A stretch of 64,000 bases of DNA from positions 12,478 to 76,477 of the forward strand of contig CACYHW010000004.1 in the NCBI GenBank assembly GCA_902774335.1. The letters run 5' to 3'. The stretch's first letter is position 1. The number at the start of each line of letters is the position of its first letter. Shown here in pieces: positions 18,059-28,377 of the stretch. Both the position numbers and the translations under genes were made by a program. This DNA comes from an uncultured Bacteroidales bacterium. GTDB lineage: Bacteria; Bacteroidota; Bacteroidia; Bacteroidales; Bacteroidaceae. The notes beneath the pieces were generated by a model. That model made no database searches and was not told the origin of the DNA. It worked only from the letters and a program-made list of their open reading frames with translations.

Positions 18059-20815
18059 ATGGAGGCATTGTTATTATATCAGGTAAAGGTGGCAGTCCTT
18101 GTGGCCGCACTGTTCGGCATCTACCTTCTGCTCCTGGGACGTGAAACGTTCCATCGCTTTAACCGTGTGATACTTATAACTATTGCTCTTCTATCCTTTG
18201 TATTGCCCTTTTTCCATATTACAAGACCGGCCGAGCCGCAGCCCTTTTTCCCGCCTGCTGCAGCCCAGTCGCAGATGTCAGAGTCTGAGATTGTTGAGGC
18301 CGATGGGTCACTGAGCATCGATCCGGCGACCGTCCTGCTGATTCTGTACGGAGCAGGTGTACTGTTTGTTCTTGTAAAGAAAGGTATTTCAGTCTGGGCT
18401 ATGTCACGTATTATCCGCAAGGGACGCTATGCCGACCGTTCCGAGGGTGTGGACGTGATAGAGTCAGATCAGATTCCAGGTCCGCTCAACTGGATGAGAT
18501 TCGTTGTAATGCCGCATGACTGGCTGGAGAGTGAGAACGCATCGGTGTGGAAGCATGAGAACCTTCATGCCCACCGATGGCACTCGCTGGACCTCCTCAT
18601 GGCCGACCTTATGACGGCGTTCCAGTGGTTCAATCCCGTGATGATCCTGCTCCGCAAGGAGTTCGAGCTCATCCATGAGTTTGAGGCCGACCAGGCTGTG
18701 ATTGAAAGTGGAGCCAATGCAAAGGAGTACAAACTCATGCTGGTGAACGCCGTTGCCGCCAACCGCGGTATGGCTATGACCAGTTGGCTCAAACAATCCA
18801 ACCTAAAAAAGAGAATAGATATGATGGACAAGAAAAAATCCAACGGATGGTGCAGGCTCAGAGCCATGTACATCCCTGCAATCGCTTACCTTTTCCTGTT
18901 TGCAACTGCCCATGTCAATCCTGCATCGGCGCAGGACTTTGAGTTCAGATGGAACATGTTCGAGAACGGTCAGGTATGGTATTTTGATGACGGAACCGCC
19001 AAGGTCCGCACATTTGACGGCGTACAGGCCAACATGAAATCCGATGAGGTGGCCGACTACCTGAAGAACTACACCAAATTCAAGACTACCCGCATGACCC
19101 TGATGTTTGACTATGACATTGAGGGCCTGGCCGATGTGCAGCCTTATGTGGAGCAGCTTTATGCAGTTGGCATTAAGACCAACATCGCCACCAACGAGGA
19201 TATGCTGTCCCGTATGGAGCAGCCGGAGTTCCGCCTGGCAAGAGTATATGACCAGGGCGGCGGGCAGTACCGTTTTGAGGTTATCTGCAACTCTCACAAT
19301 GACCGTCTGAGTTATATCTTTTCGAACGGACAGTTCTCCTTCAAGCATAAGGACCCCTCCATTACAGGTGATCTGGAGCTGATGAAGAAATGGATCACCA
19401 TGTTTGACGGTGTGGCAATAGCCATCTATCCCAAGACTATGTCCTACGGCGATCTGATGGAGCTGGCCGAGACTGCATGGAACAGCGGCAAGGATCAGGT
19501 ATCGGCCGTGACAGGTACCGATGTGGGTTACGCCGTCAAGATGTTCACATGCATTGCCAAGGGTAATGAGATAGGGGCTATGTTCCCGGATATGAATGCT
19601 TACGATGCTATCTCGGAATACAACCGCAGCCGTTCATGGGACTACTTTGACAAGGGCTTGCATATTTCGTCCCCCAAGTCATTCTTTAACAACAATCCCA
19701 GATTCAACAACATTACGGATATTGTAAAGACTGACAATGAACTCATAATCCTGATGCAGTGTCATCAGTATCCCGACCTCTGGGTGCAGGATGACGATGA
19801 CTGGGAACTTGAAGTGGACGGTCAGACCTATCCCATTTCCAGGCATGAGGGTCTGAACGGTTACGAGCATGTGATGTTCTGGAGTCCCGACAACTGCTAT
19901 TTCAAATCGACCATACATTTTGACGTAGCCATTCCCGATGATGTCAAGACTGTCAACCTGATTTCCTCGACCAGGGGTGATGAGGTCATCAGCGGCCTGC
20001 AGGTATCTGAGCAGACTGTCGATTATGATAATGTAAGGGTTGAGCTGCTTAATAAGACTGTCGAACTCAAGACTACTCACCGTAGGAATGATGTTGTAAG
20101 AGACTTTGTCACCATAGACAGGATTGATTTCTACGAAGATCAGACCAAGGTGTATGCATCCATGGCCATAAATCAGTCACCCACATACCCCGGATATCTG
20201 GGAAGTGACATCACATTGGTTATTGAGGACAGTGTGGAGATTAAGGCGACCAAGGTGATGGGTGTACCCACCGATGAGGATTTTGACCGTCACGGTGACT
20301 ATGTGACAACGCATTTCAAGGTCTTCTTCCCGCCCATCAGTCAGGAGGAGTGGAAGAGTGGAAACAAATCTATCAAACTCAATGTCTGTCACGAACCTGT
20401 AACCGTGAGTCTCAAGTCTCAGATTGTAGAGAATGTCTCAATGGATTTTGTGAGTAAGATAGCTGCCGGCCAGTATTCCGGAGAGATTATAAAGTTAAAG
20501 AAAACCGTATCCGACTCAAGCTCCCTGATGGAGATAGTAGGCCGATACAATATAGGTAAATTTGGAATCGACGATAAGGGAAAGGTCGTGTTGAGCGACT
20601 GCGAATGTCCCGATTTTCCTGACGGCAAGTACACGCTTTCGTTGGCCGATGAAGAATCGGAGGACGGTAATCCCATGGTCGAGCTCAGCGGCCGGAAGGT
20701 CAAGATGAATTTTATGTTGCGCAGGATTGCAATCGGAAATGAAGTGATTCAATACAACGTATTCCGTGAGACAGACCAGGATGCGATTACGATACGCCTG
20801 GTTCCCAGGAACTGA
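18059..20815 (+). CDS. BlaR1-like M56-family membrane metalloprotease/sensor with a large C-terminal domain I cannot assign
   Basis: 918 aa. N-terminal TM helices, HEXXH zinc motif (HENLH), downstream EFEAD, another TM near residues 270-290, then ~620 aa with no motif I recognise. Confidence 0.8.
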   Translation: MEALLLYQVKVAVLVAALFGIYLLLLGRETFHRFNRVILITIALLSFVLPFFHITRPAEPQPFFPPAAAQSQMSESEIVEADGSLSIDPATVLLILYGAGVLFVLVKKGISVWAMSRIIRKGRYADRSEGVDVIESDQIPGPLNWMRFVVMPHDWLESENASVWKHENLHAHRWHSLDLLMADLMTAFQWFNPVMILLRKEFELIHEFEADQAVIESGANAKEYKLMLVNAVAANRGMAMTSWLKQSNLKKRIDMMDKKKSNGWCRLRAMYIPAIAYLFLFATAHVNPASAQDFEFRWNMFENGQVWYFDDGTAKVRTFDGVQANMKSDEVADYLKNYTKFKTTRMTLMFDYDIEGLADVQPYVEQLYAVGIKTNIATNEDMLSRMEQPEFRLARVYDQGGGQYRFEVICNSHNDRLSYIFSNGQFSFKHKDPSITGDLELMKKWITMFDGVAIAIYPKTMSYGDLMELAETAWNSGKDQVSAVTGTDVGYAVKMFTCIAKGNEIGAMFPDMNAYDAISEYNRSRSWDYFDKGLHISSPKSFFNNNPRFNNITDIVKTDNELIILMQCHQYPDLWVQDDDDWELEVDGQTYPISRHEGLNGYEHVMFWSPDNCYFKSTIHFDVAIPDDVKTVNLISSTRGDEVISGLQVSEQTVDYDNVRVELLNKTVELKTTHRRNDVVRDFVTIDRIDFYEDQTKVYASMAINQSPTYPGYLGSDITLVIEDSVEIKATKVMGVPTDEDFDRHGDYVTTHFKVFFPPISQEEWKSGNKSIKLNVCHEPVTVSLKSQIVENVSMDFVSKIAAGQYSGEIIKLKKTVSDSSSLMEIVGRYNIGKFGIDDKGKVVLSDCECPDFPDGKYTLSLADEESEDGNPMVELSGRKVKMNFMLRRIAIGNEVIQYNVFRETDQDAITIRLVPRN

Positions 20816-20829
20816 AGCGGTAAAAATTG

Positions 20830-20859
20830 AAACGCGGGGACAATCCCCGCGTTTTTTTT
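20830..20859 (+). terminator. Rho-independent terminator after the blaR1-like gene
   Basis: aacgcgggga-caa-tccccgcgtt followed by a T8 run. Confidence 0.75.
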
Positions 20860-21031
20860 GGTACCTTGAGTTTGCAAATAGGGTTAAAAATGTATAATTC
20901 TCACAATGTTATGTAATTGAAATAGGGAGAGATGTTACAATGAGCCTATAGAATGTGTAATTTCGCGGCCGAAAACGAAAAGTGTTAAAAAAACAGTGCC
21001 GGTAACGGATCGGCGAAATTGACGTAACTTT

Positions 21032-22708
21032 ATGAATCTTAAGGGTTTCCAACCTAAACTGTTCTCCACTCTGAAGGACGGTTATGACAAAACAAAACTT
21101 GTTCAGGACCTGCTTGCAGGTGTAATTGTAGGTATAGTGGCTCTGCCGCTTGCCATCGCGTTCGGTATAGCATCGGGTGCAACTCCCGAGGCCGGTATCC
21201 TTACGGCTATCGTGGCCGGTTTCATTATCTCGTTCCTGGGCGGAAGCAAGGTACAGATAGGCGGCCCCACAGGTGCTTTCATTGTAATTGTTTACGGAAT
21301 CATCCAGGAGTACGGCATGAACGGACTCTGCATCGCCACTTTCATGGCCGGTGCCTTCCTGATCCTGATGGGCGTGCTTCACCTGGGTACCATAATCAAG
21401 TATATCCCTTATCCTATCATAGTAGGTTTTACCAGCGGTATCGCGCTTACAATCTTTGCCACACAGGTCAAGGACCTGTTCGGTCTGCAGATAGCCGATG
21501 TACCTGCCGGATTCATTGACAAATGGATAACCTATTTCAAACATTTTGATACCGTCAGCTGGTGGTCACTGCTGGTGGGCGTGGGCAGCATACTGATAAT
21601 AGTCTTCACCCCCAAGGTGAGCCGTAAACTGCCCGGATCACTGGTGGCAATCATCGTGATGACAATAGTATGCCTGATACTCAAGGCTGTTGGTGTAGAG
21701 GGAATTGAGACCATCGGTGACCGTTTCTCAATCTCAACCAATCTGCCTCAGGCCGAGGTTCCCAAACTCAACTGGGACAGCATTCGCGGTCTGGCTCAGC
21801 CCGCCATGGTGATAGCCATGCTGGGTGCCATTGAGTCACTGCTCTCTGCTGCAGTAGCTGACGGTGTGATAGGTGACCGTCATGACAGCAATCAGGAGCT
21901 GATTGCCCAGGGCGTAGCCAATATGGTCACCCCGCTTATTGGCGGTATACCCGCCACCGGTGCAATAGCACGTACCATGACTAATATAAACAACGGCGGC
22001 CGCACTCCCGTAGCGGGAATCGTGCACGCCGTTGTACTGGCACTTATCTACCTCTTCCTCATGCCGCTTGTCAAGTTCATTCCTATGGCTTGCCTGGCCG
22101 GTATCCTGGTTGTGGTATCATATAACATGAGTGAGTGGCGCAGTTTCAAGGCCATACTCAAGAACCCCAAGTCCGATATCATCGTGCTGCTGGTAACATT
22201 CTTCCTGACCGTGATATTTGACCTTACAATAGCCATTGAGGTTGGCGTGCTGATAGCCTGCCTGCTCTGCATGAAGCGTATGGCCGAGACCACAAACGTA
22301 TCTGTGCTGAGTGATGAGATTGATCCCAATGCTGACAGTGATGTTCAGGGTAATCTGGATCATCTTACCATCCCTGAGGGTGTTAAGGTATATGAGATAA
22401 ACGGTCCCTATTTCTTTGGAATAGGTAACAAGTTTGAGGAGATGATGGGTGATATGGGCGGTCGCGCCAAGGTACGCATAATCCGTATGCGTAAGGTTCC
22501 GTTCATAGACTCAACCGGTGTCCACAACCTGCAGAACATGTGCAAGATGTGTTCACAAATGGGCGTTAAGGTAGTTCTGTCCGGTGTAAATCCCAAGGTC
22601 ATGAAAGTAATTGAGGACGCCGGAATGGATGACGTGGTAGGCAAGGAAAACATATGCAGCCACATCAACATCGCTCTCAAACGCGCACAAGAGATAATTG
22701 AGAATTGA
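21032..22708 (+). CDS. SulP-family inorganic anion transporter with C-terminal STAS domain
   Basis: 558 aa and polytopic, with SulP-like N-terminus (LLAGVIVGIVALPLAIAFGIASG) and a cytoplasmic STAS-like tail. The last codons and stop lie in the heptamer repeat. Confidence 0.9.
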   Translation: MNLKGFQPKLFSTLKDGYDKTKLVQDLLAGVIVGIVALPLAIAFGIASGATPEAGILTAIVAGFIISFLGGSKVQIGGPTGAFIVIVYGIIQEYGMNGLCIATFMAGAFLILMGVLHLGTIIKYIPYPIIVGFTSGIALTIFATQVKDLFGLQIADVPAGFIDKWITYFKHFDTVSWWSLLVGVGSILIIVFTPKVSRKLPGSLVAIIVMTIVCLILKAVGVEGIETIGDRFSISTNLPQAEVPKLNWDSIRGLAQPAMVIAMLGAIESLLSAAVADGVIGDRHDSNQELIAQGVANMVTPLIGGIPATGAIARTMTNINNGGRTPVAGIVHAVVLALIYLFLMPLVKFIPMACLAGILVVVSYNMSEWRSFKAILKNPKSDIIVLLVTFFLTVIFDLTIAIEVGVLIACLLCMKRMAETTNVSVLSDEIDPNADSDVQGNLDHLTIPEGVKVYEINGPYFFGIGNKFEEMMGDMGGRAKVRIIRMRKVPFIDSTGVHNLQNMCKMCSQMGVKVVLSGVNPKVMKVIEDAGMDDVVGKENICSHINIALKRAQEIIEN

Positions 22709-22827
22709 GAATTGAAAATTGAAAATTTTAAGAAAGGGTTCGGAGTTTTCCGGACCCTTTCTTAATGTCGCGGGTTTACGCAGGTTCTAGGTTTTAATTC
22801 TCAATTCTCAATTATCAATTTTCAATT
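22693..22827. repeat. Inverted arrays of GARAATT heptamers flanking a 68-bp core
   Basis: Left array 22693-22727: gataatt gagaatt gagaatt gaaaatt gaaaatt. Right array 22796-22827: aattctc aattctc aattatc aattttc. The core holds a 16-bp hairpin and the 12-mer tacgcaggttct. Confidence 0.8.
22728..22765 (+). terminator. Long hairpin after sulP (probable terminator, no clear U-tract)
   Basis: ttaagaaagggttcgg-agtttt-ccggaccctttcttaa, a 16-bp stem with one G.U pair. Confidence 0.5.
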
Positions 22828-22942
22828 TATCAACATCCTGATACAAATCCTAAAAGCACTGCTTTAACCATTTGTGGCTAACAATCTGTCTTGCAGTTTT
22901 CTGACTTATTAACCGATTGTTGAAAACTATTTTTTATAAAAA

Positions 22943-22967
22943 GTGGGGAAGAGTGGGTTAAAGTGGG
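22943..22967 (+). promoter_or_regulatory. Candidate MraZ operator: three GTGGG direct repeats at 10-bp spacing
   Basis: aaaGTGGGgaagaGTGGGttaaaGTGGGtc, 47 nt upstream of the mraZ ATG at 23014. Confidence 0.6.
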
Positions 22968-23013
22968 TCAAAAAGTTATAACTTTGAGACCGAATATAGA
23001 TTATCAGCAAATA

Positions 23014-23469
23014 ATGAGCTTCATAGGGCAGTTTCCGGTACGCCTGGATGCCAAAAACAGGGCATTCATGCCGGCGGGGTTCCGTCGTCTGCTGCAACAG
23101 ACGGGGGATCAGACTCTGGTGATCCGCAAGGATTACTTTGAGAACTGTCTTGTGGTCTATCCAGCATCACAGTGGCAGCAGGAGATTGCCGGGGTGCGTG
23201 CCAGACTCAACCGTTTTGACGGCAATCAGCAGATGGTTTACCGCAAGCTGGTTTCGGAGGCTCAGGAGGTGCAGCTGGACAGCAATGGCCGTATGCTGTT
23301 GCCCAAGACGCTGCTCGAGAAAGTTGGTATAAAACAGGACATCCTGTTTGTGGGCATGGAGCAGACCATCGAGATATGGGCTCCTGATGCAGCTGCCGCC
23401 ACCGGTGAGCAGCCGTTCATGTCCGACAGCGAGTTTGCCGATAATCTGAAAAAATTCATGACTGAGTGA
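23014..23469 (+). CDS. mraZ: Transcriptional regulator MraZ
   Basis: 151 aa from the ATG at 23014 (MSFIGQFPVRLDAKNRAFMPAGFRR...), with a second SpoVT/AbrB-like repeat (LDSNGRMLLPKTLL). First gene of the dcw cluster. Confidence 0.85.
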   Translation: MSFIGQFPVRLDAKNRAFMPAGFRRLLQQTGDQTLVIRKDYFENCLVVYPASQWQQEIAGVRARLNRFDGNQQMVYRKLVSEAQEVQLDSNGRMLLPKTLLEKVGIKQDILFVGMEQTIEIWAPDAAAATGEQPFMSDSEFADNLKKFMTE

Positions 23470-23494
23470 TACGCAAAACATACATAGCAGGCAA

Positions 23495-24403
23495 GTGGAC
23501 ACAAGCGGGACTTATCATGTGCCGGTTCTTCTCAAGCAGAGCGTAGAAGGACTTGTGACAGACCCTGACGGGGTCTATGTGGATGCCACCTTCGGCGGTG
23601 GCGGCCACTCGCGCGAAATAGTGTCCAGACTCAGCCCCAAAGGTCATCTTTACGGATTCGACCAGGATGCCGATACCATGGCAAACATCATCAGGGACGA
23701 ACGCTTCACGTTTGTCTATTCCAATTTCAGATACATGCGCAACTTCATGCGCTGGTACGGTCACCGCAAGGTAAACGGCATATTGGCCGACCTGGGTGTC
23801 TCCTGGCATCATTTCGATGACAGCACACGAGGATTCTCGTTCCGTTTTGAGGGTCCCATCGACATGCGCATGAACCAGAAGGACGGTATCAAGGCATCGG
23901 ACGTACTCAACGACTATCCCGTGGAGCGTCTGGCACAGCTGTTCTGGCTGTACGGCGAACTGCAGAATGGACGTCAGCTGGCGCAGGCCATCGGACGTGC
24001 CCGTGCAAACAGCCGTCTGGAGACCGTAACCCAGCTTATGGATGCCGTACGTCCGGTACTGGGCCGTGAGCGTGAAAAGAAGGATACCGCCAAACTGTTC
24101 CAGGCCCTGCGTATGGAGGTGAACCACGAGGTGGATGCACTGCGCGAGATGCTCACCGGTGCTGTGGACCTGCTTGACAAGGATGGCCGTCTGGTGGTAA
24201 TCACATATCACTCCATCGAGGACCGCATGGTCAAGAACCTGATGAAGAGCGGAAACATTGAGGGAGACATAAAGACCGATTTCTACGGAAACCGCCAGGT
24301 GCCGCTGCGCAGCATAGGCAAGCCTGTTGTGCCCGATGCAGCCGAGCAGGCCGCCAACCCCCGTTCCCGCAGTGCCAAACTTAGAATTGCCGAAAAGATC
24401 TGA
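23495..24403 (+). CDS. rsmH: 16S rRNA (cytosine1402-N4)-methyltransferase RsmH
   Basis: HVPVLL and DATFGGGGHS SAM-binding motifs; ITYHSIEDRMVK. Apparent GTG start. Confidence 0.93.
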   Translation: MDTSGTYHVPVLLKQSVEGLVTDPDGVYVDATFGGGGHSREIVSRLSPKGHLYGFDQDADTMANIIRDERFTFVYSNFRYMRNFMRWYGHRKVNGILADLGVSWHHFDDSTRGFSFRFEGPIDMRMNQKDGIKASDVLNDYPVERLAQLFWLYGELQNGRQLAQAIGRARANSRLETVTQLMDAVRPVLGREREKKDTAKLFQALRMEVNHEVDALREMLTGAVDLLDKDGRLVVITYHSIEDRMVKNLMKSGNIEGDIKTDFYGNRQVPLRSIGKPVVPDAAEQAANPRSRSAKLRIAEKI

Positions 24404-24404
24404 T

Positions 24405-24725
24405 ATGGAGGAGGGAGCACAGAACACAGCAAGGAGGAAGGGAATCATGAGTTCCATGCCCGATGTCATCCATCGTAACGTATGGTTGCTGGTGGAGGTG
24501 CTGGTGTGCATCATCTTCTACATCGGAAACCGTTATGCCTATCAGCGCGACCAGGCTTATGCCGAGAGGCTCAGACGCGAGCTTGTGGATATGGAGTATC
24601 AGACTCTCAACACCACGAGTGACGTATCGGCCAAGAGCAAGCCTTCGTACATAGAGAGTGTGGCTACCAGAAACGGTTCCGGTCTGCAGCCTACAACCGA
24701 ACCGCCGTTCCAACTGCCTAAATGA
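24405..24725 (+). CDS. ftsL: FtsL-like small bitopic cell-division protein
   Basis: 106 aa from the ATG at 24405, with a single TM (VWLLVEVLVCIIFYI). Called by position between rsmH and ftsI, without detectable sequence similarity. ATGA overlap with the PBP gene. Confidence 0.5.
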   Translation: MEEGAQNTARRKGIMSSMPDVIHRNVWLLVEVLVCIIFYIGNRYAYQRDQAYAERLRRELVDMEYQTLNTTSDVSAKSKPSYIESVATRNGSGLQPTTEPPFQLPK

Positions 24726-26911
24726 GTATGATGACAGACAAGGAGAACAACCCCAAGCAGGAGAAGAAGAGAGTGTCCCGCAAGTATCTCTCTCTGTTCT
24801 TCCTCATGGCCGTATGGGGTATATTCATCATCGTCAAGATGGCTATGGTGATGTTCGCCGAGAGGCAGTACTGGAATGAGGTAAGCCGTAACCTGACACC
24901 TGTAAACAGGACAATCGATGCCCGTCGCGGCAATATACTGAGTGACGAGGGTCTGCTGCTGGCCAGCAGCATGAAGCAGTACCGCGTGTTCCTGGACTTC
25001 AGGAGCGCCGAGAAGAGTGCCGAGCGTGCCAAGAAGGACCAGGCCCGTAAGGACACCCTGTTCAACAAGCACCTTGCAGAGTTTGCGCGTCAGATGCACG
25101 AGATATTCCCGCAGTACTCCGTCCAGGAGTTTGCCGACCATTACGAGAGGGGTTTCAACTCCAAGTCACACTCATGGCTGCTGCTGCCGGGCGTATCACG
25201 CAACTCGTATCCCATCTCATACAACCAGTACAAGTCGCTTGCGCAGACCGTATGGCTCAAGCCCAAGTATGAGGGCTGGTTCTACAGCGCCGAGCCCAAG
25301 ATATCCCGCAAGAAACCCTTCGGCACACTGGCCGCCCGTACCATAGGCGGTATGTACGAGGCCAAGGATTCGGCCCGCAACGGTCTGGAGCTCTCGTTCG
25401 ACTCGCTGCTGCGCGGCGTGCCCGGACGCGGTCACATGGAGAAGGTGCAGAACGTGTCACGCATGGTGGCTGATATCCCGCAGATTGACGGCTGTGACGT
25501 ACATACTACACTGAACGTGGATATGCAGGATATTGCCGAGGTGGCGCTGCGCAAGGTTATGGATACCTGGAATGCCGCTTCGGGCATTGTAGTGCTCATG
25601 GAGGTGGCTACGGGCGACATAAAGGCTATGGCCAGTCTTACCAAGACCGGTCCCGGCCAGTTTGACGAGATACAGAACAATGCCGTAAGGGAGATCTATG
25701 AGCCGGGTTCCACATTCAAGCCGGTATCCATGATGGTTGCCCTGGATGACGGCAAGATTTCGCTTTCGGACAGCGTCTACTGCGAGAACGGCGTATATAC
25801 CGGATTCGGAGGATCCCGCATGACTGATTCGCATAAGTACGGATGGCTTGATGTACCGCACATTATTGCCAACTCGAGCAACATCGGCACCTCCAAGCTG
25901 ATACATGCTGCCTACAAGGATAACCCCCAGGCTTTTGTGGACGGAGTCTACAGGACCGGAATCAATACCCATTTCGGATTGCAGCTGACCGGTACCGCTG
26001 CTCCTGTTATCAGGCGCGACGGCTATTGGGATGCCACACGTCTGCCGTGGATGTCCATCGGATACAACACCCAGCTGCCGGTAATTAACACGCTGGCCTT
26101 CTACAACGGCATAGCCAACGGAGGCTGCATGGTTGCTCCCCGACTGGTGACCTCGGTTACCCGCGAGGGTGAGGTGGTGCAGGAGTTCCCGGTCGAGGTG
26201 GTGCGCCGCCACATGTGCAAGGATGAGACCCTGGCCAAGGTAAAGAGCATGCTGGAACTGGTGGTGATTGAGGGAACGGGCAAGAATGCATCGTCCAAAC
26301 ACTTTACGGTTGCCGGAAAGACGGGTACCGCACAGTTGTCACAGGGTGATGCAGGCTACAGGAACGGACCGCGCAGGTACATGGTATCCTTCTGCGGATA
26401 CTTCCCGGCCGATGCCCCGCAGTACTCCTGCATAGTATCGGTACGTACCGACGGCGGTGCTGCCGGCGGTGCCACATGGGCTGCTCCCGCATTCCACGAG
26501 ATATCCGAGAAGGTTATGGCCAGCCGTAACCTGAGGGACGTAAAGGAGGCGTATGACTCCACCTTCCAGTTCATACCCAAGGTGGCCGGCGGCAACCTGG
26601 CCAAATCGGCCGCAGTGCTCAAGGAGTTGGGTAAGAGGAACCTTATGAGCCGTGAGTTCAGGAATGTGTCCGACACCCTATGGGGTTCGGTTAGTTCCGA
26701 TTCGGGAGCATATGTGATCAAGCCCGTGATGTTCAAGGACGGACTGGTGCCCGATGTACACGGAATGGGCGCATCGGACGCACTCTACCTGCTGGAGAGC
26801 ATGGGAATGAGGGTGAGCGTGAGCGGAGTGGGCAGGGTCAAGAGCCAGACGCCGGCCAAGAACACCCGTTTCCGTAAGGGAGACAAGATACAGTTGACAT
26901 TATCAATGTAA
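24722..26911 (+). CDS. ftsI: Class B penicillin-binding protein (FtsI/PBP3-like transpeptidase) with C-terminal PASTA-like domain
   Basis: 729 aa. N-terminal TM. Active-site motifs STFK, SSN and KTGT in the correct order. Confidence 0.9.
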   Translation: MSMMTDKENNPKQEKKRVSRKYLSLFFLMAVWGIFIIVKMAMVMFAERQYWNEVSRNLTPVNRTIDARRGNILSDEGLLLASSMKQYRVFLDFRSAEKSAERAKKDQARKDTLFNKHLAEFARQMHEIFPQYSVQEFADHYERGFNSKSHSWLLLPGVSRNSYPISYNQYKSLAQTVWLKPKYEGWFYSAEPKISRKKPFGTLAARTIGGMYEAKDSARNGLELSFDSLLRGVPGRGHMEKVQNVSRMVADIPQIDGCDVHTTLNVDMQDIAEVALRKVMDTWNAASGIVVLMEVATGDIKAMASLTKTGPGQFDEIQNNAVREIYEPGSTFKPVSMMVALDDGKISLSDSVYCENGVYTGFGGSRMTDSHKYGWLDVPHIIANSSNIGTSKLIHAAYKDNPQAFVDGVYRTGINTHFGLQLTGTAAPVIRRDGYWDATRLPWMSIGYNTQLPVINTLAFYNGIANGGCMVAPRLVTSVTREGEVVQEFPVEVVRRHMCKDETLAKVKSMLELVVIEGTGKNASSKHFTVAGKTGTAQLSQGDAGYRNGPRRYMVSFCGYFPADAPQYSCIVSVRTDGGAAGGATWAAPAFHEISEKVMASRNLRDVKEAYDSTFQFIPKVAGGNLAKSAAVLKELGKRNLMSREFRNVSDTLWGSVSSDSGAYVIKPVMFKDGLVPDVHGMGASDALYLLESMGMRVSVSGVGRVKSQTPAKNTRFRKGDKIQLTLSM

Positions 26912-26922
26912 AATATACAAAG

Positions 26923-28368
26923 ATGACTATCAGTGAATTAATATCGGGAATCAAGAATGCCGCGGTTGTGGGTAACCCCCAGACCGAGGTTGCAGACATA
27001 CAGCTGGATTCACGCAAGGTCAGCAAGGGCTGTCTTTTCGTGGCCATGCGCGGCACTACCGTTGACGGACATCAGTTCATACCCAAGGCTGTGGAGCTGG
27101 GTGCATCGGCGGTACTGTGTGAGGTCCTGCCTCAGGAGCAAGCCCAGGGTGTAACATACATACAGGTTCCCGACTGTGAGGATGTGGTGGGCCTGGTGGC
27201 TACCCGTTTCTTTGGCGATCCCTCAAGCAAGGTGAAGCTGGTGGGTGTGACCGGAACCAACGGCAAGACCACGATAGCCACTCTGCTCTATAACATGTTC
27301 CGCAAGATGGGTTACAAGTGCGGCCTGCTGTCAACCGTATGCAACTACATAGACGGTGAGCCTGTACCTGCCGACCATACCACTCCTGACCCCGTTACCC
27401 TGAACCGTCTGATGGGACGTATGGCCGATGAGGGATGCAAGTACGTATTCATGGAGTGCAGCTCGCATGCCATCGTGCAGAAGCGCATCGGAGGACTCAA
27501 GTATGCCGGCGGCATATTCACCAACCTGACACGTGACCATCTGGATTACCATAAGACAGTGGAGAACTACCTCAAGGCCAAGAAGATGTTCTTTGACGGA
27601 CTGGGCAAGGATGCCTTTATGGTTACCAACCTGGATGACAAGAACGGTCTGGTTATGGCGCAGAACACCAAAGCCAAGGTTACCACATACTCCCTTCGCA
27701 GCATGAGCGATTTCAAGGGCCGTCTGCTGGAGTCCGGTTTTGACGGCATGCTGCTGGAGATAAACGGACGCGAGGTATTCCTCAAGTTCATAGGCAAGTT
27801 CAACGCAAGCAACCTGCTGGCAGTGTACGGTGCGGCAGTCAACCTGGGACGCGATCCCATGGAGGTGCTTACCGTTATGAGCACCCTTGTTCCGGTGAAC
27901 GGCCGTTTTGATGCCATCCGCTCGCCCAAGGGATTCACCGCCATCGTGGATTACGCTCACACTCCCGATGCCCTGACCAACGTGCTCACCACCATCGTGG
28001 ATGTGCTGGACGGCAAGGGTCAGATAATAACCGTGGTCGGTGCCGGCGGTAACCGTGACAAGGGAAAGCGTCCGCTTATGGCCCAGGAGAGCGTCAAGTA
28101 CAGTGACAAGGTGATTATAACCTCCGATAACCCCCGCTTTGAGGAGCCTCAGGATATCATCAACGATATGCTGGCAGGTCTGACCAAGGAGGATATGCAG
28201 AAGGTTATTACCATAGTGGACCGCCGCGAAGCCATTCGCACCGCCTGCATGATAGCACAGTCGGGCGACGTGATTCTGGTGGCCGGCAAGGGACACGAGG
28301 ATTATCAGGATGTCAAGGGTGTCAAACACCACTTTGATGACCACGAAGTAATACGTGAATGCTTTTAA
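26923..28368 (+). CDS. murE: UDP-N-acetylmuramoyl-L-alanyl-D-glutamate--2,6-diaminopimelate ligase
   Basis: Mur ligase P-loop [14 protein letters not shown] motif (TSDNPRFE) typical of MurE. Confidence 0.92.
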   Translation: MTISELISGIKNAAVVGNPQTEVADIQLDSRKVSKGCLFVAMRGTTVDGHQFIPKAVELGASAVLCEVLPQEQAQGVTYIQVPDCEDVVGLVATRFFGDPSSKVKLVGVTGTNGKTTIATLLYNMFRKMGYKCGLLSTVCNYIDGEPVPADHTTPDPVTLNRLMGRMADEGCKYVFMECSSHAIVQKRIGGLKYAGGIFTNLTRDHLDYHKTVENYLKAKKMFFDGLGKDAFMVTNLDDKNGLVMAQNTKAKVTTYSLRSMSDFKGRLLESGFDGMLLEINGREVFLKFIGKFNASNLLAVYGAAVNLGRDPMEVLTVMSTLVPVNGRFDAIRSPKGFTAIVDYAHTPDALTNVLTTIVDVLDGKGQIITVVGAGGNRDKGKRPLMAQESVKYSDKVIITSDNPRFEEPQDIINDMLAGLTKEDMQKVITIVDRREAIRTACMIAQSGDVILVAGKGHEDYQDVKGVKHHFDDHEVIRECF

Positions 28369-28377
28369 TCAAGACAT

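Noticed and set aside
20909-21544. 211-aa minus-strand ORF overlapping the sulP 5' end and its upstream region
   Set aside because: It overlaps the N-terminal TM region of a clear SulP transporter. It has no motif and unusual composition.
22693-22827. Possible CRISPR array or phase-variable inverton at the heptamer repeats (also 46371-46537)
   Set aside because: It is not CRISPR: the units are 7 nt, contiguous and without spacers, and there are no cas genes. The inverton idea is unsupported: the enclosed segments are only 68-130 bp, lie at gene 3' ends, contain terminator hairpins and no TAnnTTTG promoter, and no recombinase gene is nearby. I cannot fully exclude inversion without read-orientation data.
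22963-23013. Upstream GTG start for mraZ (168-aa version in the ORF track)
   Set aside because: The GTG is the third GTGGG unit of the putative MraZ operator. The ATG at 23014 gives the canonical MraZ N-terminus and length.
23456-24514. 352-aa ORF on the minus strand, antisense to rsmH and the ftsL-like gene
   Set aside because: It overlaps a strongly supported gene over its full length. The translation is low-complexity (rich in H, L, V, G, A) with no family motif. This is a typical shadow ORF of GC-rich, codon-biased coding DNA.
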